A stretch of DNA of 48,850 nucleotides, counting the filler, from Basidiobolus ranarum (taxonomy: Eukaryota), in the NCBI GenBank assembly GCA_040143965.1. It is 2 parts of 2 records of this genome, joined end to end, with 100 filler letters (N's around TTAATTAATTAA, not from the genome) between each part and the next. Parts side by side here need not be neighbours in the genome. Positions count along the whole stretch, not along the records: positions 1 to 24,410 come from JASJQH010000154.1; positions 24,511 to 48,850 come from JASJQH010000155.1. One strand, given 5' to 3'. Positions 11,953 through 24,728 of the stretch are shown piece by piece. Numbering within the stretch: position 1 is the first letter of the stretch; every line of letters starts with the position of its first letter. The position numbers and the translations under genes were made by a program. Below the pieces are notes generated by a model. The model did not search any database, had not been told where the DNA came from, and was given only the letters and a program-made list of their open reading frames with translations.

Positions 11953-12477
11953 TTAAAGTTTGGCAGGTGTTTGAAGTTTACGAAGTCTATCTCTAGCTAT
12001 GATCAACATTTCGCTTAAACCGAGCTTTAACTCACTTTCTTTGGTACCAACTTGTAGTCTCTTTTCCAAGACGGGTATGATTTCTTTTCTTGGTCTACCG
12101 TTAACGAAAACAACGAATTTAAATCCATATTTCTTCTCGTACTCTTCGTTCAATTCTCCAAGACGACCATTTACTTGCTCTTCCTCTGGAGTGGGTTTTT
12201 TATCATAACCTTGTTCTTTGATGGAATGAGCTGAGAGACCTTGAGGAGGTGCACCTATACGAGGATGAGCATTCACAACCAGAATACGGTCTTCCTCGGA
12301 GAGGTCGTGGTCAATAACGTATTGAGCAAAGTCCAACAACCCACTGTAGGAGAGGTAAGGACGGGCTTCATAGAGAATTTTGGCAAGAGGTGGGGCAGGT
12401 TCGAATAAGCTGTTAACCGCTTCTAAGAAATCCTCTCTGGGGAGTCCGTTAAGCTTGGAAATAGGAGGGAAAGTCAT
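11953..12477 (-). CDS. OHCU decarboxylase (urate degradation), C-terminal PTS1 AKL
   Basis: Motifs LFEPAP, NAHPRIG, SIKEQG, LNEEYEKKYGFKFVVFVNGR, IARDRL; ends AKL. Confidence 0.9.
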   Translation of the reverse strand: MTFPPISKLNGLPREDFLEAVNSLFEPAPPLAKILYEARPYLSYSGLLDFAQYVIDHDLSEEDRILVVNAHPRIGAPPQGLSAHSIKEQGYDKKPTPEEEQVNGRLGELNEEYEKKYGFKFVVFVNGRPRKEIIPVLEKRLQVGTKESELKLGLSEMLIIARDRLRKLQTPAKL

Positions 12478-12788
12478 TCTCGAAGGATAGAAGGATGTTC
12501 TCTTGTAGGAGTTGTCGGCATATATACTAATAAGTTCAAAGTGAATTTAAGGTGATACAAGATGATCGAATATTGTTCTAAATCATAGATTTCCATTTAT
12601 ATTTGATTCCTTATAGATGAGATTATCATACATCTTAATCGTGTAGACATGATAAACCATGTCGCTAGCATCTATCACTGAGGTGTAACCAATAGATGGT
12701 TGGAATTATTCTTCGCAATTAACAGTGGATGGAAGAGGCAAAAGAACATATACATACTGAAGAAAAGCCTGCTCTAACATAAATAAAT

Positions 12789-14887
12789 CTAACGTACTAG
12801 GGAATTAGGTCCATCTAAGTCTAATGGAAGATCTAGTGAGGGGACAACACCACCAGGTAAAGTTCCGAATGGGCAGGAAGTCCACAAGTCGACGTCATAT
12901 AGTTTCCACTTGCTGCTTGACTCTAGTCCATCGATGTCCCCGTTCTGTGGTGTGTCGTTAGCATCAACCTCCATAGAGTCACTAGTCTCTTCATCCTCTC
13001 TAGTCTCACCAAACACCTTGATCACTCTGGCTTTCAGCTTATGGATCTCCCGCTGCATATCACCGTCTGTTAGTGCCGGTACGTCTTTGAAGTTTTTGAT
13101 ATTCTATTGAAAAGACCGTAAGTCAAGTGACTGGGTTGGAATGGTCATGTGATTGGGTTGGAATAGATGTACGGTGATACTTACATTCTTGTTGGAGAGA
13201 GATTTTGTGATGAATTTGATGAACGGGGAGAGGCGCTTTCCAAGTTCTGGATCATATTCGACAACAGTCAAAAGTACATTACGAGTGCTACGAACGGTAA
13301 ATGAGTATGTATTGTGCATTGGGATTGCATAGGTACTTACTATACGGTTGGTTTTCTTAGACAGCCCTCTAGCAGATCATCCATTTGCAGACTAGACAAG
13401 AGCACGTCTTCTTTCGTATAGTAGCTCTTTACAAAGTGCTTAAGCCATGCAGCTACAGGCAGACGTATGGGTTAGTTACAGCATGGAATGTAAAGCATAA
13501 TGGCAACAAACGTACTCAGAGTGAGTAGATAGCTGGTGCTTCTGTTGGCGCGCTTGGTGTTCTACACATAGAAAGATCAGGTCAATTTAGACTGGAAAAT
13601 AAAAGAGGACTCGAGATGACTCTAACCTCGTCTTGAGTTGGGTCACTGATACCAGAGATCTTGAAGGGAGCTAAGAGTATAGGTGTTAGCAGGCAGTCAG
13701 GCCAGTGTAGGAGAAAAGATCACTTACTTTCATCATAGTCGAATTGATCCAAAATCCCAGCAACTAAATCATCACCAAAGCTTTTCCACGTCCCGTCGAA
13801 TCTTTGAAATAGCGGGGTCCACAATGCAAGCAAGTCTTGGGACAGGTTGAGCTCAGGGAGAGTCGACCGTTTTCTAAATATCAAAGTTAGTTTCGGGAAC
13901 TGGGGACTACATAGCATTTAGTCTGTTCACTAACTTCTTTCCTGTTGGAACCAAAAACCCATTTTCCAAAAGAACCGGAATAAGCATAAGCTTGAGGGTG
14001 TCTGGATCGTTCAAGGAGATAATTTCCCGGAGAGCCTTTTGAGAAGGGGAATTGTCTGCATTTGGATTCATAGTCCTTTTGGGGTCTAAATTGAATGGTT
14101 GAGTGACTATCGAACTGTTAACCACGCTAGCATTGCAAGGTACCTTTGCTAAATTGCTTTCCAAGATCTTTGTAAGTCGAAAGCTGTTCGCGTATTTCCG
14201 TAATGCAGTCAGGATACGTTTTCTTAACAGACCAGTAGTTATCATTTAGCCATTGTAGAGCCTATAATATTCAGTTGTTAGATTAGGTAGGAGGGTTAAA
14301 CAATTCCCGACTGTGCCCTACTTGTTGACAACCAGTTCTCAAAGTCTGCAAACTGGGTAAATTCTCATGAGTACCAGCATGTCTCAAATCAACAAACCAT
14401 GCAGGTAAGTTCAATTTATCTGCCAAACCAGCCACTGACTGAGCAAATTGCTTATTCTGCTCGGCATCTACAAGGCCATTCACGAACCTAAAACCCAGGT
14501 TAACACTATTTCTATTTCTGTTTTGTGAATAGAATGGAAGTTACCTAATGAATACCATAGTATACATCAATCTTAATTCATGACTCGAAATTCTTCCAGA
14601 TTCAAAATAATCTCTCAAGGAAATCTCCACAAATCCAGCAGTTGTCTCGATAGCCTGGGGTACTCTACCGCGACTCTTCCACGCTTTGACCTAAAAGGGC
14701 AATACATTGTAAGTAAGAAATTTTACTTTTCTTAACCCAAGTTATTCGTATATTTACAAAGGCACCGTACCCTCTTTACTCCTAATTCTCTCAAATGAAA
14801 GTCAGGTGCTTCAGCATACAACCAACTATAGACTTGTTCGTACTCTTCATTGCTTGTCCAGGGAACAACACGAGGGGGCAACGGCAT
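12789..14887 (-). CDS. LAS1: Las1 pre-rRNA ITS2 endoribonuclease (HEPN), multi-exon
   Basis: Spliced product: MPLPPRVVPWTSNEEYEQVYSWLY...VKAWKSRGRVPQAIETTA...RFVNGLVD...LPAWFVDLRHAGTHENLPSL...ALQWLNDNYW...WTSCPFGTLP. GT-AG introns. Confidence 0.92.
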
Positions 14888-15356
14888 TTTAGATAGCAAC
14901 TAAGGTCGAGAGGTAATCTTTACTTTAGCGATAGTACATATTAATCACCTTGGATTTTTTTCTTTTTTTCTTATCGAGATTGGAGCAATTTGTCTAAACA
15001 CATATTGCGAATAAATTGCTCTTAAGCATGATTTTAATCAGCATAATTTAGAGCTTCAATTTAAGAAAAGCACACAGTAGATAATATATAGAACAGTCAT
15101 AGCATTTGCTCCAGCACTGGTTAAGATGATTGATTCACACTGATAAAAAGGGATTCAGTTCCCAACAAAACTCAAGAAAAGTTCTAAATTTATTATTTAG
15201 TGGAGATGAAACGAAAACAGTAAATGCAATATTTGAGGTATTGAAAGGGTTCTAGGAAAGGTGCAAGCACAAGTTATCGTGAATTCGCATGTTTGATATG
15301 TTGTGGAAGCATGAAGAATAAACGAGATAAATTGAGCGTAGTAAAGTTTCTAACAA

Positions 15357-15749
15357 TTAGATAACTTTAGGAGCCAAAGAGATGAGTTTCATCCATTGTT
15401 TTTGGCGAAGTTCAGCTGCAACAAGTCCCAAAACTCTAGTACCGAGGGGTTGTTTGTTGTTATTTAAAAGAATGCAAGCATTATCATCGAAACGAATGTA
15501 ACGCCCATCGGGTCTACGGGTTTCTTTCTTGGTACGAACAATTAAAGCACGACGAACATCTCCTTTCTTGATTTTAGCGGCGGTGTTGGTGCTCTGGAAA
15601 CCTTGAGTAATAGGTCTAGCTTTCTTAACAGCAACCACAATTTCGTCACCAATGTGTCCAACCTTAGCACCTTTAAGAACTTTAATGCACTCTACCAAAG
15701 TAGCTCCGGAGTTATCAATGACGTTAATAACACTCTTTAATTGAATCAT
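15357..15749 (-). CDS. MRPL38: Mitochondrial ribosomal protein uL14m
   Basis: MIQLKSVINVIDNSGA...GDEIVVAVKKAR...RPDGRYIRFDDNACILL...PLGTRV; ATG at 15749. Confidence 0.92.
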   Translation of the reverse strand: MIQLKSVINVIDNSGATLVECIKVLKGAKVGHIGDEIVVAVKKARPITQGFQSTNTAAKIKKGDVRRALIVRTKKETRRPDGRYIRFDDNACILLNNNKQPLGTRVLGLVAAELRQKQWMKLISLAPKVI

Positions 15750-16167
15750 ATTAACAGTGGTGAAAGTAAACTCGAATGAGTTAAAAGAAAGAAACACTGG
15801 ACGACTTTTGAACAAACTTTTTCCAAAGCTATCATTTCACCATTTAATCGAAATTTTTTCAACCTGATGGTCTTGGAATTCACAATTGGACAAGATCAAT
15901 TATATTGAATCAATTGATTTATATATATATACATGGAGCTATCTAGTCAATCACTTTTACTCTAACTAAATATATTCAACTTCGAATTTAATCACTATTT
16001 TTGTTACTAAATCTAAACGAACTATTGCATTTTCGCTAGATTTCTAGCCCGAGATAGTTCGATAACAAACACTGAGCTTTGTAGAGTAACTCCACATTTC
16101 GCCTATTCAGTCACGAAAATTCAAGGCAACACTGTTCTTAGGTTGATTTCATTGTATACTCACAGAA

Positions 16168-17675
16168 ATGTCCACATCCACGAAAATCCGAAATAAAGGT
16201 GCAAAAATAGGTCACAATCAAGAATCTAATTCCCGACTTAAAGGAACAGATAAGATAAAGATCAAGTTTCGTGATTCACATAAATCTGGTGGAGGTGAGG
16301 GTGAAGGAGACGAAGAAGAGGATGAAGACGATGAAAGGGCTGCAGCAACAGAGGAGCATTTTGTATTAAGAATATCCAGCCAAAATGTAGCTGATAAACT
16401 AAGAAAATATGTACAGGAAAGGGAGATCCCCGAAGATACAGGTTTTATGTTCAAAGGTATGGTTATTTTTCAGGCCTCCAGTAGATCTATGGAGATCTTT
16501 ATCAATTTATTTGTTCCCTTTCTTCAGGGATACTGAACCTTCTACGAGTACAGATAATCGAACTGGGACCTTTCACTTCGACGGAGTTGTTTTCAACACG
16601 AAATTAGTAGATCTACCCACCATCACCGAATCACAGAAAACTTTAGACAATAAGAGAATGTTTAAGATAGCCGACGTGTGTCAGGTTACTATTTATTTGC
16701 GGCTTCTTTTTTTCGTTTCCTGTTCTTAACCGGTCAAATATAGATGCTAGTTGTTGATGGTATTCACAAAGAAACAGAACAGCCAAAGAATCGACATCCA
16801 AATCCTGACGATTTCATATGGGCCGATGGAATGTCGAGGCCGTTGAAAAATTGTCGAAGAAGAAGGTTCAGGAAAAGGGTCTCGAAAAGAGTAAGTTATT
16901 TTATGTAGAATTCACTTGGTATACTTGAAACTTAAGTTGTCTTCCAGACCATTGAAGTGGTAGAACGCGAAGTAGAGCGCTTACTCCAAGAAGACGCCCA
17001 AGCTGAAGATGTTCAATATGGTAAGGTTATCATTCTATAGTCTATAGTATATAGTTAAATTAACACGAGCATCATTGCAGAGGTTCATGATCTTCATGAT
17101 GGAGGCTATGGAGATGAATCGGAAGTCGGTACACCGGAACCATTTACGATCCATGACAACTTCGGTAGTAGCGATGCTGAGACGGAGGATATCGTTTCGC
17201 AAGAGCAAGATGATGAGGATGATTCAGATCTTGATCTAGCAGCAGAAATCGATAGGGGTTTGGAGGAGCTGGAGGAAGAAGAAACCGCGGAAGTTGAGCT
17301 TGAAGAGGTTGATATCAACATGGAACGAGATGATATTGAGAAGGACGAAGAAAGTGAAGACGAGGACGAAGATGAAGATGAGGACAGTGGATCAGACAAT
17401 GAAGAGCAAGATAGAGAACTTCTGCAACAAAAAGAGCTGCTGACTGACAAAGTTTCCGAGCTTGAATCATCCATCAATAAGAAGAGAGGGGAGCTTTTCT
17501 CAGCACGAAATATCCTTATCAAGGTAAGACGCGTGTTTAAGAGGCCCTATTTCGATACTAAATTTGTTTTCATTAGCGACGTCACGAAGGGCAAATCAAA
17601 ATCTGGCAGTCAGAGCTGGAGCAGAAAAGAGCGCAGTTGGAGGAAGTACATCGGAAACTCGGTAAACACAAGTAA
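16168..17675 (+). CDS. TAF7: TFIID subunit TAF7 (TAFII55_N domain), 6 exons
   Basis: Motifs EEHFVLR, LVDLPTITESQKTLD...FKIADVCQMLVV, FIWADGMSRPLKNCRRRRFRKR, acidic tract and coiled coil; last exon 17577-17675. Confidence 0.9.
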
Positions 17676-18613
17676 TCCGTTTGGTCCAATATTCGAATCC
17701 TGTTGTATAGCCATTTAGTATATGATAAAATATTATATTTTGAATTTCAATTAATATCAAAACAAGAATGTGGTTGGCAGCAAGTGCAATATCTAGACAT
17801 AGCTCGGCAAGAGTAGTAAAGGTGTCTGTATGGGCTAATACAGCTATAAAGTGGCTTTCACTGTCTGTTCTAATCACTTACCTGAGTCGCCCTCCCCCGT
17901 CGCTCTACCTTGTTGACTTTGATTACCTTAGTCAGAATAGCTTTATGATTGTAATCTACTCGTTTTCAAGGCTGTTGCTGAGCGATGTCTTCGTTCAACA
18001 TGCCCAGAAGATAGATTAGTTCTGAATTGACAGCTACGTGGTAGCTTAATACATAAATCAAGTATGATTGTCATTTGTTTTTAAAATTGATAGTTCATGT
18101 GTATAAATTTTGGACGAGATATAGACCATCAAACCCACGATGGATTTGACGGTGAGTAACTGTCCGGTTTCTGGTTTACATAAAAATTGAGTCCTAACAT
18201 TGATGTTGAAAGGCCACAGAGTGTAGTAAACATGCTTGTAATATGAGACCACGCTGGATGTTTTGTTAATTTTGGAGAGGGTACCCAAATTGTGGGATTG
18301 ATCGAAACTTTCATTTCATCGATTTTTCATTCTCACAACTCTAGATTGATAAGCTTGGAAGTAAATCTCAGACTTCACTAGCATAATTAATCTGATTACT
18401 AAAAGAATTGGAATAATCTCAGGATCCCGTAATAAGCTCTTCCAATCGTTTGATATTTCAATTTAGTGCATCTCGCCAGATTTGGCATTTTTATGACCAC
18501 GGTTGACTATTTTTTAAGGGTAATTCTCGGGTTGATAAAAAGCTCCACTTTTTAGTTTCCTTTACAAATTTCACCTTTGCGCTCCTTCAACTCTACCTTG
18601 GAGTTGTTTTATA

Positions 18614-19442
18614 ATGGCACCAATCAGACTCGGCGATATTGCCCCTAGTAGGAATTCCTTCGATAGAAGCAATCTTCTCGAATAACTTTAACTCATCACA
18701 TTGTCAAACTCTAGATTTTGTTGTCCCCACTACTCATGGAGTAATAGACTTTCACGAATGGATTGGCGACTCTTGGGCTTTTTTCTTTTCTCATCCAGCT
18801 GATTTCAGTAAGTAGATCTATCGACAATTATGCACCGGTTCGTAGATATTTTTTAGTCCGGTTATTAACTTTCTTTATAGCACCTGTATGTACGACCGAA
18901 ATAGCTGCCGTGGCTCGTTTATACCCCGACTTCGCACAAAGGAATTGCAAGGTTATAGGGATTAGTACGGATGTTTTGGAAGACCATGAGGCTTGGTTAG
19001 AGGATATCATGCAAATTCATCAAGTGAAAGTCCAGTTTCCCATTGTAAGTTGTTGCACTCAGTTTCTCTATGACCAAGTATTCTAATGAGTGAACCTCTA
19101 CAGATTGCTGACCCCGATAGAAGGGTATCTCTTTTGTACGATATGCTGGATGATCTTGACCCGAACTCTTTTACCGAGAATATCTCACAGAACCAATACA
19201 ATCTTCGTACTATTTTTGTCATCGATCCCCAGAAGAAAATTCGTATGAGTCTAACCTACCCAACCTCATGCGGCCGAAACTTCGATGAGGTAATACGTGT
19301 TGTTGATGTACTTCAGCTCCGTGACCGTCTAGTTGCACAGAAATTAGCAGCCCAGCAGCAAAACCGCGCGTCACAAGATATTGCACAGAAGCCAGCTACA
19401 TCACAGCCTGAGCAACTTAACTCTCCACCTCTTCAGCAATGA
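18614..19442 (+). CDS. 1-Cys peroxiredoxin (Prx6 type) with atypical Gln-rich C-terminus, 4 exons
   Basis: Spliced product: MAPIRLGDIAPNF...[26 protein letters not shown]...FPIIADPDRRVS...RTIFVIDPQKKIRMSLTYPTSCGRNFDEVIRVVDVLQL. Confidence 0.9.
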
Positions 19443-21468
19443 TGGTTGCACTTCTGTTCATGCGGGTGTATGTTGATGGTAGTTGAAAGAACAGCACCGC
19501 TTGCTTTCCTTACCATGTAAATCTAGAAAAATGAAGAAATGTAATATATTTATGGAAGTTGCTTCTCATAATTTTTAACTCGCTATTTTGCGCTCCCCAT
19601 TCTACCGCATTCAGTAGTTTGATATCATTACCCTATAGTCTATGAATCCGGTGTAATAAATGCCAGATCCGAATTAATCAGCATATTTATTATGGCTAGT
19701 AGAACTGTTGTACGAGCAATCAGCTGATAACATCAGTTTGATATTGGGGTGGAGTATCGATGCTTTGTACTTGCCTGGGAGTGACTTGAATGTTTGTAGA
19801 TGGGAAGACTCATCAGGATAGGTCGCAAACAATATACACAGGTTAGCATATGCTTTGTCCAAAGTTCTCTTGGATTAGTCGATCTATCGCGAGGCACTGT
19901 CACCGTTACTTTCCGGCTGTTGTGGAATAGAAGAATGAGTTGGGTGGACTATTAACGTGAGGTTTGCTCATTATAGTCCTTGAAAGCGAATTGGGAGGTA
20001 GATTCCTGACAATATTCAATGGATGTGGTACTAGTATAGCCTTGTGGATGACTAGGCTAGTATCTGTGCTTATGACCCCTCGAAGTAAAGGCAAGCTCAC
20101 TGGTTATCCTTCGTATGCTACACTTCTTCAGGCTACTTAATGCATTGAGCAAGTAAGTTGCCATCTAAACCAGTAGTTCTTTCCATGAGCAGAAGATGAT
20201 ACGTATTAGAAATCAACTGCGTCTCACAAACGATCGGAAAAGGAATATAGGAGGGAGTATGGAGATCGAGATATAGTATTCTGGAATCTCTCATCCTCGT
20301 GATTCAACCCAGGTCAAGTCTTTTCATTAACACAAGCTTACCTGACCTTTGCACTCTATCCAGAGCCATCCACATTCGATTCTTCTCTGTTTCGCAATTG
20401 AAGGAACACGAACAACCTTCTTTTTGGTCCAACAAGCTATCTGTAATACGAAAAGCCTTTACTCCAGCATATACTTGCGCATATACATTGCTTTATCAAT
20501 CGATATATTGAACGGGCTTTAAGCTTCGATCTGACGGGTTTTATCCGATAGTGCTTGCAGGACAAGGGTAATATTCAGGAGAAAGCGAAGGAAAAATCAC
20601 ATCGAGATATTTTGCAGAAGGGCTGGAGAGCAGCCTCCTCGATAAGCTGTGGGGTTTAGGATTTGAGTGTTAAATATTCTCGGGCTAGGGTTCAAACAGC
20701 CATATCAATTAGGCTACTAATGGTCCAATCAAAGCTCTGGAAACTCACTGATCGATAAATAAATGCTATTATTGCAAAGCATTTAAACTTGATGTGTCAC
20801 CAGCGTCATTATTAGTTAGTACCAATTTGGCTGAGGGAATTATGGCTTCTCGATAATTTATAACGGATTTTCGATGATGGAAAGGATGCGAATGTTGCCT
20901 TTGACTGGATTCAACATATATATTTAGTTTGATTGAGAATGTATGTATATATTTATTAGTTTGCACATGTATGGTAAAATCCTCTAATTTAAGTTTTCAT
21001 GCTAATCATTGAGAATACATGAATAAAGTCAGAAAATTCCCTTTTCGAACTTCTTTATGTGATCGTTCTTTGTTCTAAAGTTATTGGCTTTTTTTACACT
21101 CGTACATACAATTTCTCCCTTTCTAATTATTGCCTTAGAGTTATCAATATCACCAAATATCTTTCACTTCTCTTTTCTTACAAAGTGAATACCAGGATAG
21201 TATTGTTTCTGGATATATTTCTCCTTGTACAATAGACATCGTCGACTTTGTTCTTTTGCATAAAAGCAAAGATAACCTAGAGTAATAATCGGTTAATACG
21301 CATACTCTGTTCTTTCTAATTCCAATATTTTTGGACGAGCCTGAGGCTACAAATAAGAGAGCGTGGCACTAGCTATCCGCTATATTATTTTTCCCAAGTG
21401 GATAATCCAGCAGTACTATTACAAGCCAATTGTCATTCCTTATTCTGTTAGTTTGAAACCATACTACC

Positions 21469-24410
21469 ATGGACTTGTTTAGAAAAAAAAAGACTAAACA
21501 CAGTCCAAGTCTGGAAATCACCGCTCCAATAGATAACTCCGATATCATCTCATATTATACCTCTCCTTCTACCCCTACTCGGTCAAGTACTTTTAGTACC
21601 CTCAGCCAGAACATAGGCGGTGCCAGCAACAACTCGAGTCAACATAATTCTAGCACATTCAAGCGTTCTCCCACAACTTATTCGTTAGCTTCTACAGCTT
21701 CTTCAGGTTCCGCCGGCTCAAGTAATGGACATAGGGACTCCATTGCTTCCACCATGTCCAGTATTGACCATTCAAAAAGTGAGGACCACCTAAATGATTC
21801 TCTGGAGAAGCTGATGGTAACAACCTTAACAATATCAAATTGGTGAGCTGCCATGTTAACTTTGATTATTTTCGATTTTAGGATTCTATGGACCTTGATG
21901 AGAGCAAACGTGAAGCTATGCGCAAGTTACCAACTGATACTAAATGGATGATTATTGTATCTCAGAAGCAAAGAGAGTTTGAAGATGTAAAGTATACACA
22001 AATACGCTGTATTAAGCATGAGTTGATGCTAACTTGTAACTCGAATCATTTGGGTGTATCTATTCTAAAGGTCAAGAATCGCAGTCGCAATGACGGCAAA
22101 TTAGATCGCTCTACTCCAGAATATTACGTACAAAAGATTTCTCAAACCGAAGTTCGATACATACCCCTCAAGCTATTCGTTTCTTTGCGTGTCTCTTTAG
22201 CGACACAGCCGATCAGGTAATATAATGTTGACTATATTCATGTAAAAATGTAGACATGTCGTTTGATATTACATTGGATAATAATTAGTTTCCTCTATTT
22301 ATTAGCTGGGTTCATCATTTTCTCGAGTTGAGTGGGTTGAAGTTACTGTCGGACACACTAATCTCTTTGGGACGAAAATCAAACAAGTAAGGTTTCCCAC
22401 TTGATATTTCGTCTATTGGCGTATCTAACGAATGGTTTTCAAATTTCAGAAAAGACAACGATCTTCAAATAGAGTTTGAGATTATAAAATGCTTAAAGTC
22501 GATGCTCAACACCAAGGTAATTCTCTCTCGTTATGTTATCAGTGTGTGTATTCTCAGTTCTAAACATATCCATTCTTTTTAAATACATATAGTGGGGAGC
22601 TCAAGAGGCATTGGAACAACCAAAAGTGATTATTAACATCACATATTCCTTGGATTCAGCATTTCTACCAACGAGGAAGCTGGTCGCCGAGTTTCTTACT
22701 TTTATATGTTACTTCGAAGCTCGGGGCTGTGATTATATATTAAAAGGGCTGGATCAGGTCAAGCGGGCTAGGAATCATCACCTAAGGTTTGAGGCTTGGA
22801 TGAAGTCCCTCGAAAACACCATCGATGGTAGAGGTATACTGGGTTCTTTGGTAGGAGCTAGCGAGGAGATTAAAAAGACTGCAGGTGCAGATCGAGAGCT
22901 GGTTGAATATGTGGTATGTACAACTATCATTACATTTGAAAAGTGCGGTTGTCATAAGTTTAACTTGAACATTCGTAAATCCATGTGTATTGTTAGATAA
23001 CCAACCTTATGCTAGTAAATGGTCTGATCAGTGGATATGAAGACCTTGAGATGAGAACTCATATTCGGAACCAAATGAACACAGCTGGTCTAGACCGAAT
23101 TATCAAGAAAGTTGTGGGCTTTAATGACGAGTTAATACTTCGCCATGTTCAGCTATTTGATCAACTTAGCGATCAGGATTATTTAGAGCTTTCAGAAGTG
23201 TACAACCATCAGATGCTCCAAGATCTAAACGATCCCAGAGATGTATTTGATGCGTTGTTGAACTCAGTGGAGGATACGAAAGCCAAAGATTTTCTGCTAT
23301 CAATTCTTCAGCATTTATTGATGGTCAGGAATGAGGGTGATGGTGATGGTGACGACATGAAAAATAAGTGCTTTCAACTCATCGATACACTAGTCACCCA
23401 AATAGTACTCGATAGGCGTGGACTAGATCATGATTTCTCTTCTAGCTATGGTGTGTCATTAGGCTCACTTGTATCCAAGTTAGCTGATGGAGATCAATTA
23501 CAGGAAGCTCTGGATGCTGCTAAAGAAGCTAAAGATATCGCTGAAGCTGCTACTCGTCGTCAAAACGAATTAGAGTCTGAGATTGCCATGAGATCCGATG
23601 GACTTATCGGGAAACTTAAAGCTAAAATTTCATCACTCGAAGATTTGCTTCGTATGTCGCGTCATACAATTGAAGCTCTCCAAACACAGGTTCAGAATTT
23701 ACGTGAACAGTATCACACCAAGCTATCGCAACAAGGCCGAGAACTTAAGAAATTATATCAAGCTGTTAAGAAGAGCGTTGGAGATAAGGCATCATTAATG
23801 GAATTAAGTGATTACTTATTGCTGGAGAATAAAGCATTGAAGAATGGTGCCGGTTTCGAAGAAGTCCTAAGATCTGTCGACCCTAATGCTTACAAACAAT
23901 TCAAGATTGATGAATCGAAATTGCAGCAAGAAATTAAGAGACTGAAAGACGAACACTTGACTGTCAATGATCAAATGCTTCAAGCAAAGAAGAAGTTGGA
24001 CGAACTCAAGCATTCATCTACCGAACCTTATGTTCTTAATCTCAAAATGGATGATTTTGGAGGTAATTCAAGCTATCAAAGCTTCAATCACATTGATATC
24101 GTTGTTAACATTATTGACCATTCTAGGTGAACACAAGAAAGGTGCCCGTCCAGGAGGAATTTACATTTCGCAGGATTCTGAACTCCCTGACATGGGAGCA
24201 CTTGACCAAACTCTGGTTCCAGAGTTAGTTAAGGCAGGTTTCGGAAAGAGTGGTGCAGTTTCTCTCGATACTCCCAAATCGTCTGATATTCCGACACCAT
24301 CCACAATCCCGAATCCTAATATTCCGCCACCGCCACCACCTCCTCCCGCACCTTCACTTGCAAATGCTCCGCCGCCACCACCTCCACCACCAATGGCTCC
24401 GGGAGCTAGC
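21469..24410 (+). CDS. Diaphanous-related formin (GBD/FH3, coiled coil, start of poly-Pro FH1), truncated by the assembly gap
   Basis: LRVSLATQPI, TRKLVAEFLTFICY, LENTIDGRGILGSLVGAS, RTHIRNQMNTAGLDRI, FLLSILQHLL, PPPPPPPP. Seven GT-AG introns. FH2 is absent from the window. Confidence 0.92.
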
Positions 24411-24510
24411 NNNNNNNNNNNNNNNNNNNNNNNNNNNNNNNNNNNNNNNNNNNNTTAATTAATTAANNNNNNNNNNNNNNNNNNNNNNNNNNNNNNNNNN
24501 NNNNNNNNNN
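24411..24510. other. Artificial contig-joining spacer (N44-TTAATTAATTAA-N44)
   Basis: A 12-mer with stops in all six frames is embedded in a 100-nt N run; the formin does not continue after it. Confidence 0.93.
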
Positions 24511-24728
24511 CATATATTATGATAAGCATTATTCCTAAAACGATGCCGGCAAAGATTTTGCTCGTAACTGAGATACATATTGCAGGGAAACATATTATTA
24601 CGCAAGGAAAGCAAGAAGCAAAATTTATTGACTGATTGTTAAGTACTATATTGTGCACCCCCCCCCCCACCTTTTTATACATGCCTTACTTGTATTGTGT
24701 GAATCATTCTTTGATATCACTAGCTCCT

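Noticed and set aside
17874-17935. U1 snRNA (ACTTACCTG)
   Set aside because: It lacks the U1-70K and U1A loops and an Sm site, and is better explained as the reverse complement of a splice donor.
19790-19820. CTGATGAG hammerhead ribozyme core on the minus strand
   Set aside because: No stem II or downstream GAAA, and no flanking stems found.
24455-24466. TTAATTAATTAA palindrome as a biological element
   Set aside because: It is embedded symmetrically in Ns and is a standard six-frame-stop contig linker.
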